A stretch of 64,000 nt of DNA from Hemiscyllium ocellatum. Its lineage: Eukaryota. Shown here piece after piece: positions 1 to 11,763 of the stretch (position 1 is its first letter; every line of letters starts with the position of its first letter). The stretch lies in assembly GCF_020745735.1 (NCBI RefSeq), contig NW_026869299.1, positions 62,001-126,000 of the forward strand, in the 5' to 3' direction. The notes beneath the pieces are model-generated. The model was given only the letters and a program-made list of their open reading frames with translations, was not told the DNA's origin and did not search any database. The position numbers were made by a program, and so were the translations under genes.

Positions 1-2000
1 CATACCTCACAGATTCTTCTGCCGAATTACATTACCTTACATTTATCCAGAATAATTTCCATTTGCAACTTCTCTTCACATACAACCAACCCTTTTATAT
101 CCTCCTTCAATCTAAAGCCATAATGCTCATGACTTACCAACATGACAGTTTTCATTTCATCTGTGAATTCACTGGTTAATCCTCCTAAATTTGAGTCTCA
201 ATCATTGGTATGTAAGAGAAATAACATGGAAATCAACACCAATCCCTACAGAACACCAGGAGACATAGATTTCCAGTCACGCAGACACCCGATGACTATT
301 ATCCCCTGCTCCCATCACTCAGCCAGTTCGAGATCCAATCTGTCAAATTAACTCGGATCCCATTGGCTCTGATTATTGCTATCATCTGGACATCGAGTTA
401 TCTCTCTGAAAACTACTATCAAATTGTTACACATGACTTTCTCTCAATAAAACCATGCTGAAAATTGTTGATTTATCTTCCAAATGAAGACTAATTTCAC
501 TTTTCAATAGTTTCCCTACCACTGAGACTAGCTTGACAGATCTGTGTTTTCATTATTTATCCCTTCCTTTGTCCTGCGTAACAGTGCAACGTCGGCTGAT
601 CTACACCCACTTGGCACAACTGCTGTGGCCAGGCAGTAATTCTAAATTATTGTCAGCGACCCAACTATTTCATCCTTTGCATCGCTCAACCGCTTGGTAT
701 ACTTTTCATCTGCCCTGGAAATATAACCACTTTTCATTCAGCAAGACAACACAGAACATCACGTCATGTGTCCTAATTTCTGAAAGTACATCACAACACC
801 CCTCCATGATTTCTGTCCCCACATTGTCCGTCTTACTAGTGAACACTGACACAACACATTCATTTTGACCACAACCTAATCCTCCGACTCCACTCCAATA
901 ATAACACTTAATGGGCATTACTGTTTCCCGAATCATTCTTTTATTATGAATGAGCCTGTAAGTTTGAAAAATATTTTCCTTTATTTTGACTGCTATTATT
1001 TTCTCATGGTCCCTTTTGCTCTTCTAATTCCTTTTGCCCTGCACGTTCTGTACTCCATACTAATTTCCACTGTTTTGAGATTTCAGTATAGATCAGAAGC
1101 CTCCCTTGTTTCTCTTTATCTCACCCTCCATGCCCTTTGGTGTCCAGAGCCCGCTACATTCTTGGTCCCATTCAGTGGCTTCCTGGGAAATGTCCTCCCT
1201 GTGATTTTCCTATCTCTTTCTTAAATGTGTCACACTGCTCTGACTCAGATTTACCAATAAGTGTCAGCTTCCAGTCCACTCTGGTTAAGTCATTACCTAA
1301 TCTTACTAAAATTGTCCTTCCCCTTTTCAGAACTTTGGGACAATTTCTATTCCTTTGCAGTACAATCTGAAATCCAACTGATTTACAATCACTGTCTGCA
1401 AAGTGCACCACCATTGATGTTTTACCCACTGGGTCGACTTCATTTCCAAAAGTTAAGTCCAGGTTCACCCCTTTCTTGCAAGGTCTGGATTAAAATTCTC
1501 TGTATTAACACATACTTTGTTAAAATATTCTCCTGGGGGCATTTTCAGAATTGTGCTCCCTCTCAACTTTTGACACAATGAGTATCCAAGCCTATGCTGA
1601 GGAAGTTAAAAACCTCTTTTCTCATTCCCCTATTTAATTAACATTTCTCTGAAATTTGCCCATGTATTTGCCCTTGGTCTTTTGGACCTATAGTAAGGTC
1701 TATCGTGCTCTCCCAGTAGTTATGTTTGCTGTATTTTGGTTTTGAAGTACTGTCCATTTGCCTTTGTTCGAGGAGGTATCCATGATTTCATTTCTCTTTA
1801 CAGCCTAAAATACTCTTGTCAGAATTGCGACAGAAGCAACATTCTGTGCCGCAAACCCCCGCCTCCATCCTTTTCCATCTTTCCCTGTCTCGCCTGAAGG
1901 CACTAAATCCTGGAATATTGAATAGCCACTCCTGCCCCGCTCTCAATATGTCTCCGTGATAGCAACCACATCATTTCCTCATTTATGGCGGTAATTCATC
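1..2000 (-). mobile_element. Decayed CR1 (HER1-like) LINE, endonuclease + RT region
   Basis: Minus strand of 421-461 reads QHGFIERKSCVT (CR1 RT QHGF..SC motif). Minus strand of ~1905-1970 reads VAITET..GQEWLFNIPGF with a 1-nt frameshift (APE start). Many stops; ends approximate. Confidence 0.8.
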
Positions 2001-2290
2001 TGCCTTGTTCATCAGACTCTGTCATTAAAACGATTACCATCCAACGTTGCTATCTCCCTTCTGATGTTACCGGCCTATCGTTTCTATGCCTCCTTGACTC
2101 CCTTGCTGTGTCCTATAATTTTAGCCTTTCACATTGTCCTGCTGATCTTTCTGTGTGGATCCCAGCTTCTCCAGCACTCTGCACAATTATGATTCTTGTA
2201 TCCATTAACCACAAGAAACTTTGATATATGAGAACTGATTGTATTTGTTATGAAATTCATCAGATAATTTATGCGATGTGTTTCCTAAAG

Positions 2291-2602
2291 GTACAGGTCC
2301 TCTCCCACCAACTCTTCTCCTAACTGTGAGCTCCAGTGAAGAAATCGCAAGCAGCAAGTTTGCAACCATTGTCTGTTCAATCATCGATTTCCATCCGAAG
2401 TCAATCTCCGTGAGTTGGTTGAAAAATGGCCGACTCTTGGATTCTGGCTTCTTCACGTCTCCCGTGTGTGAGGCGAACGGGAACTTCTCAGTGACGAGTC
2501 GGCTGATGGTCCCTTATGGTGAATGGTACAACAGCGCAGTCTATACCTGCCAGGTCACTCATGAAGACAACATTCAAAGTAAAAACATCACCGCACTCCA
2601 GG
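2291..2602 (+). CDS. IGHM: IgM heavy chain constant exon CH2
   Basis: ORF 2278-2667 encodes an Ig C1-set domain (IVCSII..VSWLKNG..YTCQVTH). Acceptor TTTCCTAAAG ends at 2290 and donor G|GTAAG has GT at 2603-2604; both phase 1. N-glycosylation sequons NFS and NIT. Confidence 0.95.
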
Positions 2603-2939
2603 GTAAGAGACACATACTGAGAGAGCTACAAATCACTCTGAACTCTGATGTGAATCAAACACACTAATTTATCAGGCGTAGTAAACAGCACGGTACAGCT
2701 TCTCGTTTCCCAACATGTCACGTATCTCATTTCAGTTTGAGTGTTACATTAGCATTGCTCATAATTCAACATTTTGGCAAGTCAGAAAAGCATGTTTCCT
2801 CTCTGTTGAAGATAGATATATAGACAGTGAGCTTTGTTAAATAGTTTGTTGCCTGACCATGCTGGGAGAGGCATTCAGAGTGCTGAATCCTTGCCTGGTA
2901 GTGGCTTCAAGGATAAGTTTGGGGGTGGAGGGGGGATAT

Positions 2940-3355
2940 TGGAGAGATATCTAATTGAAACATAAAAAATACTGAGAGACTGAGGTCGAGTGAACGTGGA
3001 ATAGATGTTTTGACTGGTAGGCGAGACTAGGACCCAAGGGCACAGTCTCAGGGTCAAAGGGGCACCGTTTAGAACTGAGATGGGGAGGAATTTCTTCAGC
3101 CAGAGGGTGATGAATCTGTGGAACTTGTTGCTGCAGAGGGCTGTGGAGACCAGGCCATTGTGTATATTCAAGCCAGAGATAGTTCGGCTCTTGTTTAGTG
3201 TGGGGAGAAGACAGTAGAATGGCTTTAGCCCGAAACGTCGATTTTCCTGCTCGTTGGATGCTGCCTGACCTGCTGTGCTTTTCCAGCATCACTCTGATCT
3301 AAACTCTGGATTGGCCGAACAGCCTTATTCTGATCCTCTATCTTATGATGTTGTG
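2940..3355 (+). mobile_element. CR1 3'-end fragment in the CH2-CH3 intron, interrupted by a Penelope terminal fragment at ~3221-3300
   Basis: Typical CR1 3' text (GAGATGGGGAGGAATTTCTTCAGCCAGAGGGTGATGAATCTGTGGAAC) and tail, split by GCCCGAAACGTCGATTTTCCTGCTCG..CCAGCA. Confidence 0.7.
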
Positions 3356-4559
3356 GTCTCAAAATGATGTGGTTAAAATATGCAGTGACCTTACTTGAAA
3401 ATAAATCAGAATGCGTTCAATGCTTCATTCCCTGCTCAGGAATGACCTGTTGGCCTTGGACATTGTACGACATCGATTTTTATCTGGTACTGAGCTCTTT
3501 AACTACATTTATGGGATCAGACCACAGACCAAGTGGGTATCACATTTGATGAACTGGGATAAACGTGGTCTCACTGAGCTTCTTTAAGATGCTCTCTGTA
3601 AGTAGTGGATGAGGCAGGAGAATAAATTCTGGTAAGAATGCTACAATAGGGATGAATGAACGAGGAACTCGAGACAGGCTGATTTAGCCTGGTTTGGGGT
3701 GGTGATGTTTACACAGTGGGTAGTGGATGTCTATAAAATTAGTGTACATTTCCATCACGTTTGTAGATTAATTTAAGATGCTTTTGTTTGTTTTTTTTCT
3801 CCCCTGCTCTATGAAGAAATTTTAAAAATGCAGCTTGGTAAATAAAGTGAAAGTACAGACCAGTCATGAACGAACTGAATGGAGGGAAAGACTTAAGGAG
3901 ATGGGTGTCCTTCTCGATATCCAATGCTGTACTCAGTGCCTTGTTTTCAGATCTACTCCAAACTCAGCCCACGAGGAACAATGACATAAATTAGAGAATG
4001 ACATCACACCAATAACGCAAAGTATTTTTGATCACGTTAAATATAATGAACAGAATTTCCATGGATATTCACTGCTCCTGTAACACTTTAGAACTCTGCA
4101 AAGAGAATAATTATTATTTATTATAATTTGTCCGAAATTTGGGATGTGATTTGGCAGTCAGCGTGACCAGCAACACTTGCACCTAAGGGTTATGAACATG
4201 GAATTGAACTCATTCTATTCAGATTACTCTTGTCACAAATATCAATAGATGGTCTTAAGTGAGAGACAAATTCTGAAAGAAAGGTAATTCCATGGGTTAC
4301 ATAATGGTATCTTCGATGATTTTACTTTTTTCACAGGTGTCACTTGTTACAAAGCCAGTGTTCTTTAGGAATAATGACACAGGGTATGTCATAGGTAATC
4401 ACAAATCAAAATACATCAACAATAGTAAGCATTGTTTCAGCAATGGTTGGAGTTGCCATTTTGAAGGTGGTGTCTTCACCCTGTGAAGAAGTAATCTGAA
4501 GATTGGGTGTTTGTATCATAAAGGGGCATTTTTCATTGACTTTGATTTTTGTTTCATAG

Positions 4560-4868
4560 AAGATACCGAGTGCCACCCTAACACCGTTAAAATCCTCCCA
4601 CCGCCAGTAGAACAAGTCTTACTGGAGGCGACGGTGACGTTAACCTGCGTTGTGTCCAATCTTCCTTCTGGAGTCAACGTGACCTGGAAACAAGAAAAGA
4701 AGCCTCTGAAATCCGAGATTGCTGACCAGCCTGGACAGAATCCCGACAGCGTGATCAGCAAATTAGACATTTCTACTGAAGCCTGGCTGAGTGGCGTTAC
4801 TTTTGAATGTGTGGTGTACCATCAGAATCTACCGACTCCGCTGAGAGACTCCATCCACAAGGAGAAAG
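4560..4868 (+). CDS. IGHM: IgM heavy chain constant exon CH3
   Basis: ORF 4511-4879: LTCVV..VTWKQ..FECVVYH. Acceptor TTTCATAG (AG 4558-4559); donor AAAG|GTGAG (GT 4869-4870); phase 1 at both ends. Confidence 0.95.
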
Positions 4869-5323
4869 GTGAGCGGTGAGATTAAAACACATAGCATCCC
4901 ATGTGGAATCCAGATCCAGTTACATCAATGGCAGGCTTTGATTGGTAATGAACAAACACCGTTGGGAGCATTAATGATGCATCTGAAGGCAGGATAGCTA
5001 AGTAGCTGATTAAGAAAAAGATGGACCAAAGGATATTGTATTCTGATTAAGTCAGATAAGGTGGGAAGAAACCTGGGTTGTGATGTCACCATCAGCAATG
5101 ACAGTTGGACAGAATGCCCTTGTTGTGGGCTGGAAACATGGAGGCAACTTTCACATTAAACTTTACTTTTTTTACTGAACAGAATGTGTACCATACTGCT
5201 CCTTTAGAAAATGAAAGTGAATAAATCCCAAATTAAAAATGGCATATTTTAATATTTAGTGTAATTGTGATATTGGTTCAGGATGTTTTTGGTTGATTTA
5301 TATTTGTCTCAAATATTCTGCAG

Positions 5324-5715
5324 TGATTAATCCGCTGGAGCCATCAGTGTCGGTCCTCCTGCCACCAACAGAAGAAATCTCCGCTCAGAGGTTTCTCTCC
5401 CTCACCTGTTTAGTGAGAGGTTTCTCCCCCCGAGAGATCTTTGTCAAGTGGACAAACAATGACAAGCAGGTGAATCCCAGTAACTACAAGAACACCGAGG
5501 TGATGGCAGAGAGTGACAACACTTCCTTCTTCATCTACAGCCTGTTATCCATTACAGCGGAGGAGTGGGCCAGCGGTGCTTCTTACTCCTGTGTGGTGGG
5601 ACATGAAGCGATTCCATTGAAGATCATCAACAGAACAGTCGATAAATCCAGCGGTAAACCGAGTTTCGTAAACATTTCACTTGCACTGATGGACACTGTT
5701 AATTCATGTCAATAA
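5324..5715 (+). CDS. IGHM: IgM CH4 exon plus secretory tailpiece; internal donor after 5653 for the membrane form
   Basis: Acceptor TTCTGCAG ends at 5323. Domain [18 protein letters not shown]. Tailpiece [20 protein letters not shown] has the NIS sequon and penultimate Cys typical of mu. Internal donor AGCG|GTAAA (GT 5654-5655), phase 1. Confidence 0.96.
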
Positions 5716-5757
5716 AAATCTCAAAGTTGCATTTAATAATTCAACAGAAGTAATAAA
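5711..5757 (+). terminator. Secretory-mu polyadenylation signals
   Basis: AATAAA at 5711-5716 (overlaps the TAA stop) and at 5752-5757, followed by T/GT-rich sequence. Confidence 0.75.
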
Positions 5758-6879
5758 GTTTCTTTTCCCTCCAGTTGTGAGGTAAATACTGAATTAGTTG
5801 TTTCTCACTCTGACTTACACTGCATCGGTGTAGTTAAAGTGGGTTATTAACAGGTCTAGGACAAGTGTCTTGTGCAGTTAATGTTCTCTGCTCAGATACA
5901 CCCTGGGTCAGAGACAGAGTAAAGCTCACTCATTGCAGGATTCCGCCAAGTCCCTTATCCATCCTAAATCCCTCTGTGACAAAATCTGACACTGTCCATT
6001 TTATGTCAAGGGTAGAGCACGAGTTTTGAACTTGGTGTTCTTGATTCCCCCCATTGGACATTCTTACAAAATTCATGTCAGTTTTCAACTGCCACATTGC
6101 ACCAATTGGAAATGTAAATTTAAGACACTTTAAAATTAAATTTGATTGGAACATACCAATCGTAAAGAGTGCAGAACAGTTTGAATGTAACCTTTGTTTC
6201 TGGGGAACTGCCAGGGATCTTGCGCCAGCGCATGAGTTGACAGAATGTATCTTCACTTTCACACCAAAGAGAATCGACAGATAAGTTGTCGTGGAGCAGA
6301 GGGGAGGGGAACGATGAATGGTCTGTCCTCTTGCTCCCTGTGCAGAGTTTTCATGGTCGATGTCCTCTGTAATGTAACCCGTTACTAACAGGAACAGTCA
6401 GCTTCTTGCTTACTGTCCAAAGATTTAACATTTCCATGCAAAATAATACCTTTGAAACATGTTGGACACGCTTGGCTCTGTTAACAAATGATTAACATCG
6501 ATTCCCATAATCCAAAACTGGTGTTTGCATCGTCCCGGCTTGAATTCCATAGTTTTGTCTCAGTTTTCTGGAGCACATGGGATCAATTCTGGTATTCGAA
6601 TACCTGATATCATTTTGTTTCACATACAGAACACAAGTAGACATTTTCTAATAAACATATTCAGAAATGTTATCTCTGGGGCAGTGGGGATTTGAACTCA
6701 CACCTTTTCTCTCAGAGACAGAAATTCTATCACTGCAACAGAAGAGTTGCTCATAAAACGCTTATCTCTCCACGACGATGGGAAATGTTTCCTACAACAC
6801 CAAGGTCAAATCTAATTATGGGCAATCCATTAAAATTAGAACAATAAATTAGAATAATAAAAATTGCAGTCTGGTATAA

Positions 6880-7900
6880 GAACAGATACAGAGAGATGAT
6901 CGCAAATACACACGTAATGACACATATATGGGCTCTCACCTAAAGACACATATTTATGTGCACACTCAAATGTGCATATAGATAAGATGTCACACACGCA
7001 TACTCGCACAGAGCCACACATGCAAGTGGTACTTGAACACCCACCTAAGCTCATACAAAAACTCACATACACCGAAAGAAAATTATTTGCACAAATGAAC
7101 AGGGGTACTCACACATAACCATGAGAAATATAGACACACGGTAACACACAAATGGGCATGGATACATATACATTCATACAGCACAATGCGTACAGACATA
7201 CACGCATGAACACACAGATACAAATTCCGAAAAATGTCCTCCCACATGTCAACTCATACAGGCACGTAAGTGCACAGAGATAAATATTAATATCATTATT
7301 TTCCCATTTTCAGAATCACAAACATATGATGACAGAGGCAGCTTAATTAGTTATTTTTAAACCACATTGATCAGCATGTATACAATGTCACACGTACACA
7401 CAAATTCAGAGTCTCACATGCAGACACACAAGTGCATAGATCAACAAATAGGGGGGCGTTTATTAAATAAGGAGAATGGGCACAAGCATCAGCAAGCATC
7501 CACACACAGTAACACAAACAAGCTTCTCAGGAGATGGTTTGGGAAAGATTGCCACACAAGCAAACATCGTCATATAAATATAAACATCCATCAAAACATA
7601 ACATTGCATGCTAACATTTATTAAGCATCACCATGAAAATAACCTCGTTTAGGTAGGACCTGAAACAGACACATAAGCACACATTTTAGATAGCACTAAT
7701 GAAAAGTGAACACTCACAAAGACATTACAAGATAAGCATAGGCAGCAACAAAATGGCATATTAGCATGATGATGCTTACACAATGTGAACAGACCAAAAT
7801 TTCGGTGCCCAAACACATGAGCACACCAGCGGTAAAGGAACAGGAATATGCTCATTCATGCACAGACTCAAGCATGGGCAAGAGTGAAGTAAATGTGAAG
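6880..7900 (+). repeat. Degenerate CA/AC-rich low-complexity tract in the CH4-TM1 intron
   Basis: Repeated CACACA/CACATA/ACACAC runs over ~1 kb with no exact unit. Confidence 0.7.
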
Positions 7901-8360
7901 CAATGTCCTGACTGTGATGTCACTTATATTCACGATTTGCCAAGCAATTGGTCACCAATACATAAAGGTGAGAATCACATTTGAACTTTTATTCAGTGAT
8001 GGCCACAATTTTCAACTAAAGTGCTGTCACAGCCTATATTTAAAATATAATGATATAATTAAAATAATCATTCGTAATAAGCATTCCTCAAATAATAATA
8101 TCCTTAAATAATAGATTAAAAGAAAAATAATTTAAAACGTTCTGACATGGACAATGAAGAAAGAACATGTGCAGTTCGTATTTGTAATTTCTTGCTGAGA
8201 GTCAATAATGCACTGATGGATACAGATAAGAGTCACACTTGAGAAATACCTGACTGCTTTATGAAGATGTAATGGTCTCTAATTACATGACTTGGATACA
8301 CATAGATCGATCTGGATCAATAAACGATCTAAATGCATTCTCTCGGCTTTATATTCATAG

Positions 8361-8488
8361 ATTCAATAGATCGCACTTGGATTGAAGACTATGAGGATGA
8401 TAACAGCAACATCTGGACAACTGCTTCCACGTTCATCACCTTGTTCTTCCTGAGTATTTTCTACAGCGCTGCCGTCACTCTGGTGAAG
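8361..8488 (+). CDS. IGHM: IgM transmembrane exon TM1
   Basis: Acceptor ATATTCATAG ends at 8360 (phase 1). Encodes (D)SIDRTWIEDYEDDNSNIWTTASTFITLFFLSIFYSAAVTLVK with the conserved antigen-receptor TM T/S/F/Y pattern. Donor AAG|GTGAG (GT 8489-8490), phase 0. Confidence 0.96.
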
Positions 8489-8627
8489 GTGAGAATAATC
8501 ACATCTTTCTCACGCCAAACAGCCCAATATGTTTTGTGAAATCTCTAAGTGTGCCATTGAATAAACATTAAATCTGAAAGTCCCTGATCATAAATATCTG
8601 CGTCATTGCTTTATCTCTCTTTTCCAG

Positions 8628-8636
8628 GTTAAGTGA
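8628..8636 (+). CDS. IGHM: IgM TM2 exon, coding part (VK*; gives KVK cytoplasmic tail)
   Basis: Polypyrimidine tract CTTTATCTCTCTTTTCCAG ending at 8627, then GTT AAG TGA. Confidence 0.93.
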   Translation, partial: VK

Positions 8637-9065
8637 ATGAATTGTGGACCCCTTTGATTTTCCTGATCTGCTTATCAAGGTCTCTGAATTCCCAATCTAC
8701 AATCTGTCCTGTTGCTGACTCTAACAGTGAGATCACTTCAGTTTATCAGTGTGTAACTGAGACAATTATTGATGGATTTTTGTTTTTACTTTGATATCTT
8801 TGAGATGGTTGTGGTTGGAAGAATTTGTAGCTTCCCTGTTGTTTGAAGCCCATTTGTTTTGTTTTTATTTGTTCCTTACTCAGAATGGTTGCCTACCCTT
8901 TCTGATGAGCCTTTGTATTCCCTTTCTTGTGACTGTTACTGATGTACAGAAAATTCCCACCTCACAGCGTATGTGTTCTTGTCTCAATGTGGCACCCAGC
9001 CATTATATTCACTTCTGTTAGCTTTTACATCAACGTTTTGGATAAAAATGCTTTCTGAAATGGTT

Positions 9066-9071
9066 AATAAA
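9066..9071 (+). terminator. Probable membrane-mu poly(A) signal
   Basis: First AATAAA after the TM2 stop, ~430 nt downstream. Confidence 0.55.
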
Positions 9072-10989
9072 TCTCAAATGAATATGCACTAACCTTGAGT
9101 TTGCTTCATTCTTTCTTCAAGGCCAGTCAGTAATCATACATTTTCCCACATCCTACTCCTTTCCCAGCCAAATACTTTCACTTGTTCTGTTTGGTTGTGT
9201 TTCATCCAGTCATTTAGTTTAATGTTGCGCTGCCATGCCGCCCACTAATGTAAATACATCTTTCACACGATATGCCTGATGGAACACTCCAGAGGCAGAA
9301 TGATTAGAGAACATTTCCTCTTATGCACCAAGGATCACGGCCTCGGGTCACGTAATGATACAAATGAGGAGCTTTGCTCCACCAGAAGCCTATAAAAGGC
9401 AGGCAAAGGAGTTTGAAAGTTTACTCTACACCGTCTAAACTACATGTACTCCCAATGTCCGGACAGCCTGGGTTAGTAATGCATAACTCACCACCTAAAA
9501 CACCCAATGAAACATTCATCAGCCAAAAATGTCAACGCTTAGTCAGGTAGTCAGACACCAACACGTGCACAATCCAAGGGCGGATTCTCAGAACTGGAGA
9601 TTTTCTCACACATAAATCTCATGGAGCAGAATTCCTGGGATCTATTTGACACACCACACCTGTCAAATCCCAGGAAATGAGACTAAGATCTATCTGATAC
9701 AGGGATATTACTGAACAGCAACCCTCAAAAATAATAAATCAGAGGTCGATGTTGATCAGGCAAGGCAGAGCTCATGAGTCCCTGAAATATTCAGCCATTG
9801 GGATCTATATGACGCAAGACGGAATTGAGAACCAATCATAGCAACTGTTCACAGAGTCTGGAAACTATCAGCAGAGGAGAACATTCTCAATTTCTCAGAG
9901 TTGGTGAGGTGTATCATCCCGGGAATAGTGTTGTGAATCAGTCACGCACCCAATCTCATAACTTCGCATTTTTTCAAAAATGTGGCATCTGAAACTAGAT
10001 GCAATATTCCAGGTGAGACAAGAGACTGTTTGATTTCAGTGTAACATAATTGCTTTGTGTTTGTTCTCTGCGGTGTTATTGATGAAGTAGGGTTTATTTG
10101 CTCTTCTGTCCACGTGTCATGGTCCATTCCCTGATTTGTGCACATACACACGGAGGATCCTCTGCTCCTTCACCCCCTTTGGGTTTACCCCCTTACTATT
10201 GTATGTTCCCTGAATTCATCACAAAACAAAGAACCACATCACCCCTCCCTGAGACGGAGATCTATCTGACACACCGATATTAATGAATAACAATCCTCAA
10301 AAATGATCAATCACAGGTTGATTTCGATCAGAGAAGGCAGAGATCAGAAGTTCTGGAAACCCTGCTGCTTTCCATGTCCTTTCCCACAACCCCTCTGTCA
10401 AACTTGATGCTCTATGCTGTTCTTCCAATATCCTAACATTTTACCTTAAATTGCTATTAATATTTTTCTGTAATTTTGCATTAGAGACCAAAGCACAGGT
10501 TGGAACAACAAGGACCCAAACACTGAACTCTGAGATCGTACACAATAAGGTAACCTACATTCTGAAACAGCAAACACCCGTTAACAAATGGTTGACAAGT
10601 ACAAAACAGCGGGTGAGATTAACTTGAACTCATCAAAATAAATGGAAAGTACTCTGGAGGTACAGCGGTGTAGGCAAAACCTGGGAATGGAGTTCGTTTT
10701 TTAAAATTCTTGTTTATATCCAGAATTTTCCTTCCACACAATGTAACCTTTTATTTCCCATCACCCAAGTTCCCCATAGTATCTTTATTTTCAGCTACTA
10801 ACTATCACCAGTAAATTGAATAATTTATGTTCAAAGCCCCTCCCACCATCAAAGGTACGGCAGAAGTAGGAAGAGCTAGAAGGAGATTGGAGTCAATTTT
10901 TCTTGTGGTGAAACTACTGCTGTTCTACCACAAGGTATTTCTGAGGGATGGTCCAGTGAAGCTATGTGGATGGAACTCAGAAATAAGAA

Positions 10990-11763
10990 GGGCATGATTA
11001 CTTTGATGCAATTGTAATAGTCCCCCCAGTAGTCAGAGTGAAATTGAGTAACAAATATGTGGAGAGATCTTATTTATACGTAAGAATAATAGGATTGTAA
11101 TAATCACAAATTTTAACCTTCCAAACATAAAGTGGGACAGCCATGGTTTTAAGAGCTTGGATGGTGAGGAATTTAGTAAGTGCTAAAGTCAATTTTCTTC
11201 ATTAATATACAGATGTAACTATCACAGAAGGAGCAAGCCTGACCTACTCTTGTGATAAAAGGCAGGGCAAGTGACTGAATGGTTAGTAGGGGAGCTTTTT
11301 GGGGCCGGGGTCATAATTCGATTAGTTTAAAATATCTATGGAAAGGATTGGCATTATATATAAGTTAAAGTTCTTAATTGAACTAGGGCAAATTTTGATG
11401 GTATGAGACAAAATATTTCAAGAGTTGATTGGAGCTCAAGGGACGGCCGGCAAGAGTGAAGCTTTCAGAAGTGAGATAACGAGAGTTCGGAGGCGTGATG
11501 TTCCTGTTAGTGTGAAGGTAATGCTGGTAAGAAGAGGGAACACTGGAGGAATAAAGATATTGAGGCTCTAGTTCAGAGTAAGAATGAATCATATATTAGA
11601 TATAGATAAATGAGATCAAGTGAATCTCAAAGAGTAAAAGAGGTGCAGGGACATTCTAAAGGGGGAAATGAGGAGGGCAAGAAAGGAAAATGAGATAGCC
11701 TTGGGAGATAATGTTAAAGATAATCCAAAGAGTTTCGACTAGTACACTAAGAGCAAAGGGGTA
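10990..11763 (+). mobile_element. Decayed CR1 LINE fragment (endonuclease/linker)
   Basis: AATAATAGGATTGTAATAATCACAAATTTTAACCTTCCAAACATAAAGTGG (NNRIVII.NFNLPNIKW, decayed GDFN motif) and GATAATGTTAAAGATAATCCAAAG (DNVKDNPK). Confidence 0.65.

Noticed and set aside
1-2290. CH1 exon or switch-like region upstream of CH2
   Set aside because: This stretch is CR1 remnant; no Ig fold ORF and no tandem AGCT/GGGGT repeats.
6054-6284. ORF in the CH4-TM1 intron as an extra exon
   Set aside because: No Ig-like or TM features and no convincing splice pair.
2291-8636. IgW or IgNAR identity for the Ig exons
   Set aside because: Three C domains ending in a mu-type tailpiece, the internal GK donor and the KVK tail fit IgM CH2-CH4.
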